A stretch of DNA of 64,000 nt, taken from IMG/VR virus record IMGVR_UViG_3300023179_000029, positions 1-64,000 of that record. The stretch is one strand, 5' to 3'. Made by a program: the position numbers and the translations under genes. The notes under the pieces were generated by a model that made no database searches, was not told the DNA's origin, and saw nothing but the letters and a program-made list of their open reading frames with translations. The DNA is from a virus. Below are positions 18,021-26,555 of the stretch, piece after piece (within the stretch, counting starts at the first letter, position 1; every line of letters begins with the position of its first letter).

Positions 18021-18065
18021 ATATATTATATGTCGGTATATTACAAAATGTTATACCGAAGAAGG

Positions 18066-18188
18066 TGAGTCGCCAATGCTTTTCCGCTTGCACATAGTAG
18101 ATCATCGCCTATTGATTAATTCTACTTTTTCATCAATAGGTTAGGCGGTTTCATTATTATTTATACCGATAATAATGGGCGACTCAAC
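18066..18188 (-). ncRNA. Candidate structured ncRNA with pseudoknot
   Basis: Three perfect 9-bp helices, a 4-bp helix and a 6-bp loop pseudoknot; TGtTATAAT promoter at 18193-18201. Confidence 0.6.
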
Positions 18189-18209
18189 ACTCATTATAAC
18201 AGATTTTTA

Positions 18210-18282
18210 TGGGCGGTGCAAGGCTCGAACTTGCGACCTACTCGGTGTAAACGAGTTGCTCTCCCAACTGAGCTAACCGCCC
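18210..18282 (-). tRNA. tRNA-Val(TAC)
   Basis: GGGCGGT/ACCGCCC acceptor, ACTCG-TTTACAC-CGAGT. Confidence 0.95.
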
Positions 18283-18299
18283 TTATTTGTTTACTACAA

Positions 18300-18373
18300 T
18301 CGGGATGGTAGGATTTGAACCTACGACCCTTCGCTCCCAAAGCGAATGCGCTACCAGACTGCGCCACATCCCG
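18300..18373 (-). tRNA. tRNA-Pro(TGG)
   Basis: CGGGATG/CATCCCG acceptor, TTCGC-TTTGGGA-GCGAA. Confidence 0.95.
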
Positions 18374-18377
18374 TGAT

Positions 18378-21300
18378 TTATATTCTACCTTGATAATAAA
18401 GTGCTTTATCTTGATAAGTTTGTGCTGCAAATTTAGGTTGTATTGAAATAACTATTTTAGCATTAGTTAAATTAAGATTATTAATTTCATTATTTAAATT
18501 TGAAACTGAGTAAGCATTAATAATAAATGTGTTTGATAATGGTAAGCTTTGTATTTGAAAAGACCCATTGTATTTATTTGCATTTGTACCAGTAATACCA
18601 ATAATAGTTACTGAATCAAATTGTCCACTTTTACCTCTAATATTATGATCATTTGCAGTCGTAAATGTCAATTGTTTATAATTAGAACTTTGTTTAATAT
18701 CAATTATACTAACAAATTCTTCTAATTGCAACTTAGAATATAAAATTCTTTGACCGACTCCGTTACTGGTATCTGACCCTGATGATAATGAAAGACTCAA
18801 ATTTTCAAATGTAGCAGGATTATTTTTATCATTTAAAACAAGATAAGGAAAAGTATAATTCATTACTTTAGTAATAGTTCCCGTATTTTCATTGACCACG
18901 CCAGTCGGCGGATTTAAACCAAATTCAGAAACAGGAATAGTAAAAGTTTTAGTTTTAGAGTTTCCTGTTACAGTTATCGGTAAATCAGTTGATTTAGCTT
19001 GACCACTTTGAGTAGAGTTTGCAAGGGTAACAGTTTTTTCAATTGTAAATTGAGAATCGGTTCTTGTAGCAACGGTTCCAGTGATATTATATCCAGTTGG
19101 TAACATTCCTGTAATTGTTACTGTTTGACCAACAACAAATTTATTAGATGCAAAATAAGTTAATTTAGTTCCATTACTTGAAGCATTAGTAACACTTGTT
19201 GTGTAAAGCGTGTTATATTTTGTATCTCCAGTTATTCCAGAAATAATGACTCTTTGCCCGGTAATTAATTCGTGAGCGGATCTTGTCGTATATGTTACAG
19301 TATCGCCGCTGACAGATGCAGATGCAATAAGAATATTTTCCGTGGTAAAATACGGCATTTTAAATTTAACAGTTTTTCTGTCATCACTAATTGCATCATT
19401 TTCTGAACTAATTTCTATACCATTTGGAAAATTTTTTAAAATAGACTTAGAAGATCCATATAATCTGTAAATTTTAGTTCCCGTGGCCCACAAACTTGGA
19501 ACTGGAGTGGTAAATGTGGCAAATGTATCGCCTTTATTAACTGTAAAAGTTCCAGATTTTAAAGCCCCGTTTTTAGAACGATAAAGGCCTCTTTCGTTGT
19601 TAGTTCCGGCATCAGGATTAGAACTTGCGCTGCGAATAACGTAAGCAGTTTCATCACTAACCCAGTTAAAATACATTACATTTTCAATTTGCCAATTTGG
19701 CAATTCAAGTAAATTTTTAAAACTTGTGATGGAACTATCCCAAGACAACAATCTGTCTATGTATGTGTTTTGCTCTGTTTCAGATACAGCACCATCGCCA
19801 TAACCTATTTGATCAGTGGACCACCCATACTCGCTAAGAATTAGATTTGGACAAGTCAAATTATTAACTGTTGGGATGCCATAGCCGTTTTTATCTTGTT
19901 GGAAAATTGTTTGGTAATTCGGATCGTCTGTAAATTGTCTTATCAATACGGTTGATGCTTTTGCTCCATTATAATCACTTGGATATATATTTACACCAAA
20001 TTTATCATATGCATATTTTCCATTTTTAATTGCAAATATTTTTGGATAAGTCGTCTTTGGAATAGTTACCGCATTTGAAACAGCGTTTGCGTTTGGATCA
20101 ACGTCATGCATTTCTTTTTTGATAATTTTAATAAAATCGATAAAACTATATGCAAATTCATATGCATAATCTTTTACAGAAACAGATTTATTAAAAATAC
20201 CATCTGTAGTTTTTAATTTAATTTGTTTAGGATGAAAAGGCCAATTGGCTCCACGAACAAGTAATTCTTGATCCATTGTGTGCGTTGGACCGTCGTTAAT
20301 TCGAAATTTAAAATCTGCGGGATAATTTCTTTTTCCATAAGCAGCAGAATCGCACTCGTTCCAAATTTGATAATTGATCATTTTTGGAAAAATTAATTTA
20401 ACGGGTACACCCGCTGGCATTGTTTTATTTAAAGGTTTATCAATTGTAATTTGGTTTCCATTAATTGAACAAATTTTTGCATTTGGAGGAATATATGAAT
20501 CGTTACCATTTTGCGCAGTCGATGGGACAGATCCGTATGCATCGCTTTCTATTGTCATCCCGACAACAATATTTGATGTTGTCGGATAGCTACTATCAAT
20601 AATTAAATTAATAGTTTGATTATAACTTGTTGAAATAACGCTAGACGAAGCGGAAGTAACCGTAGTAACGTCGTTATTTAATCCGCTCCAAAAAGAACCA
20701 TTAGTGCCGAACCTTATTAACATTTTATTCATAAAATTAGCAAAATCATTATAATTTGAAGGAATTGACCCTCCTCTTCTTTGCAAATTAGTTGCAAATA
20801 TCACCGCATCATTAACTGAATCAAAAGTAAAAACATCACCATTAGATATACTTTTACTTTTACCATTAATAACATTGTTATTTTCATAATTAGCAATAGT
20901 ACCAATAACATAACCATCTACAACGCCAGTTATATTTTGATTTAAATTAATTTTCCAAGTATCGTTGACGCGAGTTAATGATGTAATTCGGGTATCATCT
21001 TGAATATTGGTACCGGTTATAACCATATTTGGAAGTAACAAACACCCTCTTTTTAAATCATCAATTATAATAAATGAATCACCAGAATTACCTGTTGCAT
21101 AAATTTTGACGCCTTTATTTTGTAATTGAGTTTTTGTTTCTGGGTCATTAAAAGAAAACAAATTGGTATTGTCAATTTTGTAATCCCAATCCATCGCCCA
21201 ATTAGGCGGAGATCCTAATCTTGGCATCACTTGAATTCCTACTTCGCTTGCTAATTTTAAATAATTTTCTAAAGGAAAAATTGAATTATTCCAATTAATT

Positions 21301-21761
21301 GAATGATTTAAAATTCCACCTACAACAGTTGGAGCATTAGGTTCAAAATCTTTCCAAAAAACAGATGTTCTAACTGACTCTACACCACTGGCCGCCATAT
21401 TGTGCAAAATGTATTCAATATTTTTTTGATTATTAAAAAAATAAATATTTAAATTTGTAATATTTTTATTTACATTTGCATTTAAAGTAATTTGATTACC
21501 AGTTTTACCAATAACTCTAGTCGGCTCTCCATTACTATTTAAAGCAGGAATGTTTACACCAGTTACAAACTGGCCAATTTCTATACCCGTTGAACTTGCA
21601 ACCGTAACAATATTTTGTCCGGCGGTGGCCGATTGACAAATAGTTTTAATTTTTGTAGATTCAACAGAACTACCATTGTACATGGTAAAACCGTTTGTCA
21701 AAAATGTAGTTGGAAGTAAATTACTTCCAATAAAAGTCACTGGGTATTTTCTTGTAGCCAT
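18378..21761 (-). CDS. Large GH-A clan (GH39/GH5-like) glycoside hydrolase interrupted by beta-rich modules
   Basis: GVESVRTSVFWKDFEP, LGSPPNWA, YQIWNE (acid/base), LILSEYGWS (nucleophile), YFNW; AT-rich. Confidence 0.7.
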   Translation of the reverse strand: MATRKYPVTFIGSNLLPTTFLTNGFTMYNGSSVESTKIKTICQSATAGQNIVTVASSTGIEIGQFVTGVNIPALNSNGEPTRVIGKTGNQITLNANVNKNITNLNIYFFNNQKNIEYILHNMAASGVESVRTSVFWKDFEPNAPTVVGGILNHSINWNNSIFPLENYLKLASEVGIQVMPRLGSPPNWAMDWDYKIDNTNLFSFNDPETKTQLQNKGVKIYATGNSGDSFIIIDDLKRGCLLLPNMVITGTNIQDDTRITSLTRVNDTWKINLNQNITGVVDGYVIGTIANYENNNVINGKSKSISNGDVFTFDSVNDAVIFATNLQRRGGSIPSNYNDFANFMNKMLIRFGTNGSFWSGLNNDVTTVTSASSSVISTSYNQTINLIIDSSYPTTSNIVVGMTIESDAYGSVPSTAQNGNDSYIPPNAKICSINGNQITIDKPLNKTMPAGVPVKLIFPKMINYQIWNECDSAAYGKRNYPADFKFRINDGPTHTMDQELLVRGANWPFHPKQIKLKTTDGIFNKSVSVKDYAYEFAYSFIDFIKIIKKEMHDVDPNANAVSNAVTIPKTTYPKIFAIKNGKYAYDKFGVNIYPSDYNGAKASTVLIRQFTDDPNYQTIFQQDKNGYGIPTVNNLTCPNLILSEYGWSTDQIGYGDGAVSETEQNTYIDRLLSWDSSITSFKNLLELPNWQIENVMYFNWVSDETAYVIRSASSNPDAGTNNERGLYRSKNGALKSGTFTVNKGDTFATFTTPVPSLWATGTKIYRLYGSSKSILKNFPNGIEISSENDAISDDRKTVKFKMPYFTTENILIASASVSGDTVTYTTRSAHELITGQRVIISGITGDTKYNTLYTTSVTNASSNGTKLTYFASNKFVVGQTVTITGMLPTGYNITGTVATRTDSQFTIEKTVTLANSTQSGQAKSTDLPITVTGNSKTKTFTIPVSEFGLNPPTGVVNENTGTITKVMNYTFPYLVLNDKNNPATFENLSLSLSSGSDTSNGVGQRILYSKLQLEEFVSIIDIKQSSNYKQLTFTTANDHNIRGKSGQFDSVTIIGITGTNANKYNGSFQIQSLPLSNTFIINAYSVSNLNNEINNLNLTNAKIVISIQPKFAAQTYQDKALYYQGRI

Positions 21762-21815
21762 TAAAAATTTGTTAATATTGGTTTATCAACTATTATTATC
21801 AAGTAATTGTGCAAA

Positions 21816-21897
21816 TGGTGGGGGCAGGATTCGAACCTGCGAACTCTGAGAGAGAGGTTTTACAGACCCCGTGCGTTGACCGCTTGCATACCCCACC
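21816..21897 (-). tRNA. tRNA-Tyr(GTA)
   Basis: GGTGGGG/CCCCACC acceptor, GGGGT-CTGTAAA-ACCTC, long variable arm. Confidence 0.93.
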
Positions 21898-21944
21898 GTA
21901 ATACTTTATAAATTATCAATGTACTAGTAATAGTATATCATAAC

Positions 21945-21970
21945 AAAAGAGGCTCCACAAGGGAGCCTCT
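21945..21970 (-). terminator. Intrinsic terminator after nrdJ
   Basis: AGAGGCTCC..GGAGCCTCT followed by TTTGTT. Confidence 0.75.
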
Positions 21971-22002
21971 CCGTACTGCTAAACTATATGCTCAGACAAG
22001 TC

Positions 22003-23700
22003 TTAGGTCCCACACAGGCCTCCGACACAACGCTCTTCGGTCTCCTCAAATACGACGCCAACCTTGTCTTTAGCTTCCTCATAAGTAGAAATCGTAAGGG
22101 GCTGTCCGCCTCTTGACCCATCGGGGTAGCATGTGATGCCTCTGAGATGTGGTAGATAGCCGTACAGAAGATCTGCGAAATCTGCAACCTCTGTAGGATC
22201 CGTCATTGGATACGGGGTGTTAATTGTTGATGAAATACCATGGTCGACAAACTGCTGAACCCATGCTTGCATTGAAATACGACGCTCAACATCATAAGAA
22301 AGAGTATAAGCATCTTCAATCGCCTCTGGGTCAACGCCTTCATCAATTAAACGCTTAGCAGTAGGATCAATTACATACTGGTAACGAATGATATCCTCAC
22401 CATTGGGCTGAGCCTCCTTATAACGGCGCTTGAAAGCAACGCAGAAAATAGGCTCGATCCCAGTGGTGGTTTCGGCAATAATTCCAATTGTGCCGGTAGG
22501 AGCAATAGCGCGAGTTTTAATTGGAGCATTAAGTCCGTGCTTCTCAGCCCACTCTGCGGCAAACTCTCCGGAATCAGCGTATTCGCCAAGCCATTCGCCA
22601 AGCTCAAGATCGGGACCGTATTTCTTGCCCCTTTTAAGTAGCCATTCATGGATGCCCATGACACCAAGGCCAAGACGACGATTCTGGGCGCGAACTTCCT
22701 TCACCTTGTCGTAAGGAAGATCTGAATACACGGTTCCGGCAAGTAGGAATAGTGTTCCGTACTTAACGACCTCGCGCATTTCTACGATATCCTCAATCCT
22801 TGAAAGATTAATTGATCCAAGATTGCAAATATCCGAATCGTCATGTGATGTAACTTCGGTACATGCGTTACGAAGAGTTTCACCGGTATTCTCACCAATG
22901 TCTACGCTAAATCCGGGTTCAGCGGTCTTAACCATGTACTGAACGCCAAGATGGTAAATGTGATGGGCAATTTTGTGCTTAGGATGATCCTTGTTTTCAT
23001 AAGCAACAAAGAATTCATCATCAAGTAGAATGGAAATGTTTGTGAATTCCATATCTGCTGGAAAATTAAAATCTTTAGCCTTAATTTCACGAACTTCATC
23101 ACGCCAATCCTTGATGCGAATGAATTCCTCGCAATCTGGATGTGACCAATTGAGACCGGCCCAGATAGCAGAGCGACGAGCGCCACCCTGCATAACCCCG
23201 CGACCAATTTCATTAACCATCTTCATTAGAGGAATAGGTCCGGATGCGACTCCGCCAGTCCTTTTAATAGGGGTATTTGATGGGCGAATATCGGAATAAT
23301 CAATACCAATGCCAGCACCTGTCTGTAGAGCCATAGCTGACTTGGCAAGAAGATCCGCCCAACCTTCCCTAGAATCCTCTGCCCTAAGGAGAAGGCAATT
23401 CTGGGTCTGATGTAGATCCCTTCCGGAAGCGTAAAGATAACGACCACCGGGAATAAACTTCCTATCCCGAACGTAACCAAAAAGTTTATTGAACTCGACA
23501 CTATCCTCATCATAGCCAAGAGCACCAAGGACATTACTTACTACACGACGAGCAGTATCCTCCCAATTTTCAATTACATTACCTTCTTCATCCTTCCAAG
23601 CATATTTTTGTTCGTAAATGGTCTTAGCGAACTCACTCATCTCTAAAGATGAATCATGACTTACTTCATTAGTTGTATTTAGTTCTGTTACTTGATTCAT
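22003..23700 (-). CDS. nrdJ: Ribonucleotide reductase, class II (B12-dependent) type
   Basis: PGGRYL, NC, GAGIGIDYS, NACTE, CNLGSINL, RRLGLGVMG, IAPTGT..TTGIEP, C-terminal CxxxxC; no beta-subunit gene nearby. Confidence 0.88.
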   Translation of the reverse strand: MNQVTELNTTNEVSHDSSLEMSEFAKTIYEQKYAWKDEEGNVIENWEDTARRVVSNVLGALGYDEDSVEFNKLFGYVRDRKFIPGGRYLYASGRDLHQTQNCLLLRAEDSREGWADLLAKSAMALQTGAGIGIDYSDIRPSNTPIKRTGGVASGPIPLMKMVNEIGRGVMQGGARRSAIWAGLNWSHPDCEEFIRIKDWRDEVREIKAKDFNFPADMEFTNISILLDDEFFVAYENKDHPKHKIAHHIYHLGVQYMVKTAEPGFSVDIGENTGETLRNACTEVTSHDDSDICNLGSINLSRIEDIVEMREVVKYGTLFLLAGTVYSDLPYDKVKEVRAQNRRLGLGVMGIHEWLLKRGKKYGPDLELGEWLGEYADSGEFAAEWAEKHGLNAPIKTRAIAPTGTIGIIAETTTGIEPIFCVAFKRRYKEAQPNGEDIIRYQYVIDPTAKRLIDEGVDPEAIEDAYTLSYDVERRISMQAWVQQFVDHGISSTINTPYPMTDPTEVADFADLLYGYLPHLRGITCYPDGSRGGQPLTISTYEEAKDKVGVVFEETEERCVGGLCGT

Positions 23701-24033
23701 AACTTTCCTTCAGTTTTATTTGGTAGACATTATTTCGTTGGTTTACATTCATCTTTAGTGGAAGCCTGAGTTAATACTAATTACTCAATAACCCCTGTTG
23801 TAGCCCTCCGAGAATAGCACAAACTATCCAAGGCACCGCCTCCCTTTCGCTCAAAATACTGCAAAGAGCGAAAAACACATGTCCCTCTAACGGACTAAAT
23901 GACGTTTGGCAAAGTGGCGAGCTATTGGCCCTGTACTTTCAACGCCCGTTCGGTAGGGTACCACAATTTTTCTGAGATAACAAGTCGACTTGATAAATTT
24001 GAAAAATCTTTTCCAATGTGATATGCTCAACTT

Positions 24034-24339
24034 ATGGAAATTACACCTTATCAGATTTGCGTATCCGCAGATGCTTGGTATCCAATTCGGATTGAGTCCA
24101 GTAACCAAGATCAGTATTACACGGTCATGGTGTCTCCATGGGGAGAGCAACAAGATCATATTTGCGAATGCGCAGGTTACTCATATCGCGGTTCATGCCG
24201 TCATCAAGAACTTGCGCAAAGATATAGATGCGCGTGGAAAGAAAACGAGTCTAATACAATGCAGACTCAATCAGATAAAGAAGAAATGGTTTGCCCCAAA
24301 TGTGGCGGACCAACAAAATGGGCAATTGAGGTAAAATGA
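24034..24339 (+). CDS. SWIM-type zinc finger protein
   Basis: Y.V..CEC.GY.YRGSCRH plus CPKC; leaderless after TGaTATGCT. Confidence 0.75.
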   Translation: MEITPYQICVSADAWYPIRIESSNQDQYYTVMVSPWGEQQDHICECAGYSYRGSCRHQELAQRYRCAWKENESNTMQTQSDKEEMVCPKCGGPTKWAIEVK

Positions 24340-24878
24340 ACAAACTAGAAGAAATTACAAAAGAACTTGGACTCGCTCATTCAAGAGCAAAAGAGTGGGA
24401 CAAGGCTAAAACTCAATATCGAGCAGAGTTTTTCAAGATTGCAACCGAGAGCCATGAGACTCTTGCAGAGAAAATTGTCAACGTTGATGCAGAGACACTT
24501 GCAGACGCAATTTTGCAGGCTGAAAAGCTGTATCCAACTTGGACGCCTCTTTCGGCTACAGAAGTAGAGAATGGTTTTGATGTTCGTCTCAAAGAGAACC
24601 CAGAGTACATGCCTTTTACTTTTGTTAACCATGAAGATGGTATGGTTTATCAAAAGCAGATTGCATCTGGTCCAGTCATGTTTGATGATGAACGTTTTAA
24701 GCAAGACCATCCTATGCTTTATGAAGTGGTAACTCATATTCCAGAGCCTAAGCGCGAACTTCGTCCGTTAGATGATTTGTCAGATGAGCAAATTGCGATT
24801 ATTCAAGATTACGTTTATGAAGGAAAACCAACAATTAAACTTGCTGCCCCTAGAAAGGCCAAGGAAGACGAACTATAA
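24336..24878 (+). CDS. Hypothetical protein
   Basis: 180 aa, ATGA-coupled, RBS. Confidence 0.75.
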   Translation: MNKLEEITKELGLAHSRAKEWDKAKTQYRAEFFKIATESHETLAEKIVNVDAETLADAILQAEKLYPTWTPLSATEVENGFDVRLKENPEYMPFTFVNHEDGMVYQKQIASGPVMFDDERFKQDHPMLYEVVTHIPEPKRELRPLDDLSDEQIAIIQDYVYEGKPTIKLAAPRKAKEDEL

Positions 24879-25139
24879 ATGACAGGGAGATTTTCTTTTA
24901 CTGTTACCGACCTTGCTCGATTTTTGGGCAAATCCTCTGTTACACTTAGGGGATGGGAGCGGCAGGGTCTTTTTGATTTTCCAAGAGATTCTAGCGGTGA
25001 CAGAAAATTTACCACTACAGATATTAGAGATGTTGCCCGTAAAGCAAGGGAATTAAAGCGCATTTCTAAACAAAGATTGCAATATGTCGAAGCATGTGTT
25101 ACCATGCTTGAAATTATCGAAAAGGAGAATTATAAATGA
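24879..25139 (+). CDS. MerR-like HTH DNA-binding protein
   Basis: FTVTDLARFLGKSSVTLRGWERQG..RDSSGDRKF. Confidence 0.85.
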   Translation: MTGRFSFTVTDLARFLGKSSVTLRGWERQGLFDFPRDSSGDRKFTTTDIRDVARKARELKRISKQRLQYVEACVTMLEIIEKENYK

Positions 25140-25747
25140 GAATTGGTTTATCAGGAGTTCCCGGTTCAGGCAAAACTGAATTAGCAAATGCTATTAAAAA
25201 GCATTTTGATTCTAAAAATGAAAAAACTTTAATTATTGATAATTATGTTCAAGATGTTGAACAAGATACGATTTTATCATTAGGATTTAATGCTGCTTAT
25301 GTAGGAAACATACATGTAGCATTAGAAAGAGCTGCTAGAGAAAGAAAGGCTTTTGAAAGCAAAGAATATGATCACATCATTACATGTGGAACATTTTATG
25401 AAACCTCATCATACGCCGTTCAATCATTAGAAACAGACTATAGTTTTTTACACACTGATGCTGAAAAATATGATTTTGCTCAAAGGGTAGAGGCGACCAT
25501 GAGAATTTTTGCATGTTTTTATATTGATTTGATGAAATATGATGATATTTTTTATCTAAGCCCTCTGGATATTTCAGAAGATGAGAGGGTTGTAAATTTA
25601 GAAAAGAATTTGCAATCTGCATTTAACGCATTTAATTTAACCGAATACACACCCCTGTTAACAGAGGGCGCCGATCATGAAAAAATTGTTAACAATCGAA
25701 TCAAAAAGGTATTAGAGGTTTTAAATGCAAATAACACTGAAGGATAA
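25136..25747 (+). CDS. P-loop ATPase/kinase (AAA_28/NadR-like)
   Basis: N-terminal RIGLSGVPGSGKT, YD.IFYL..D..R. Confidence 0.75.
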   Translation: MRIGLSGVPGSGKTELANAIKKHFDSKNEKTLIIDNYVQDVEQDTILSLGFNAAYVGNIHVALERAARERKAFESKEYDHIITCGTFYETSSYAVQSLETDYSFLHTDAEKYDFAQRVEATMRIFACFYIDLMKYDDIFYLSPLDISEDERVVNLEKNLQSAFNAFNLTEYTPLLTEGADHEKIVNNRIKKVLEVLNANNTEG

Positions 25748-26555
25748 AACTTATAAACTCAAGAATCTTACAGATCAAGAATATGATCTAGCTAACAAGC
25801 TTGCTAAGTCTAAGCAACCGCTAGACCAGTGTCCGACCTGTGATTCTAGAATGGAAGTTATCCCCGGCTCCGGCGGAGTTAGGGAAAGGATCAACGGTAC
25901 CTACCGTTACATGGGCGAAGAGCATAAATGCGACTGTGATGCACAAATGGCACTCCGCGCTCGTTACTTAGTTGCCAACATTGGTGAGCAGTACCAGCGT
26001 CTTTCGTGGGACGAATGGAACGGCTGTAAAGACACCAAGGCTGTGGTTGATACATATCTCAATGGTTGGGAACAGTTTTTCAAGCAAGGAATCGGAATCG
26101 AATTTTACAGTTCTGCCCTTGGAACCGGAAAGACTTTCGCAGCCACCCATATTGGCAAGCAACTAATTAAACAGAACCAGTCGGTATATTTCATTCCGTT
26201 TATTGAGATGGCGGCTGCATTTGATAGGCATGATTCAGATTACATTGCAAATCGTATTCGTGAATCAGGTTTTGTAATTTTGGATGAAGTAATACCTCCG
26301 ATTTCAGAGGCTCAAAGGGCTTTCTTTGGCGTTCAATTAGAAGCCCTTATCCGCCATCGGACAAACAATAACCTTCCTACTATAATGACTACGAACATGG
26401 ATCAGGAAACGCTACATGCGGCTTATCCTAGAACGTATTCGCTATTATCTGCAAAGCAGATTAGGCAGGAAGTAAAGGGGACAGATAGACGCGAGTCTAT
26501 TGGACTCCAAGAAATGGAAATTATTGCAAACGGAGAAACGAGGCCTATTACATGA
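25725..26555 (+). CDS. dnaC: DnaC/IstB-like helicase loader
   Basis: CxxC..CxC, GTGKT, VILDE, R.NNNLPTIMTTN. Confidence 0.85.
   Translation: MQITLKDKTYKLKNLTDQEYDLANKLAKSKQPLDQCPTCDSRMEVIPGSGGVRERINGTYRYMGEEHKCDCDAQMALRARYLVANIGEQYQRLSWDEWNGCKDTKAVVDTYLNGWEQFFKQGIGIEFYSSALGTGKTFAATHIGKQLIKQNQSVYFIPFIEMAAAFDRHDSDYIANRIRESGFVILDEVIPPISEAQRAFFGVQLEALIRHRTNNNLPTIMTTNMDQETLHAAYPRTYSLLSAKQIRQEVKGTDRRESIGLQEMEIIANGETRPIT

Noticed and set aside
18066-18188. Twister or hammerhead ribozyme (CCGCCUAAC and UGAUGA/GAAA-like words present)
   Set aside because: The remaining conserved core nucleotides and helix order do not fit either consensus; kept only as an unassigned ncRNA.
23701-24033. Cobalamin riboswitch or NrdR box upstream of nrdJ
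   Set aside because: Only a TTTCGCTC/GAGCGAAA hairpin is evident; no B12-box or NrdR consensus found. Probably a divergent promoter region.
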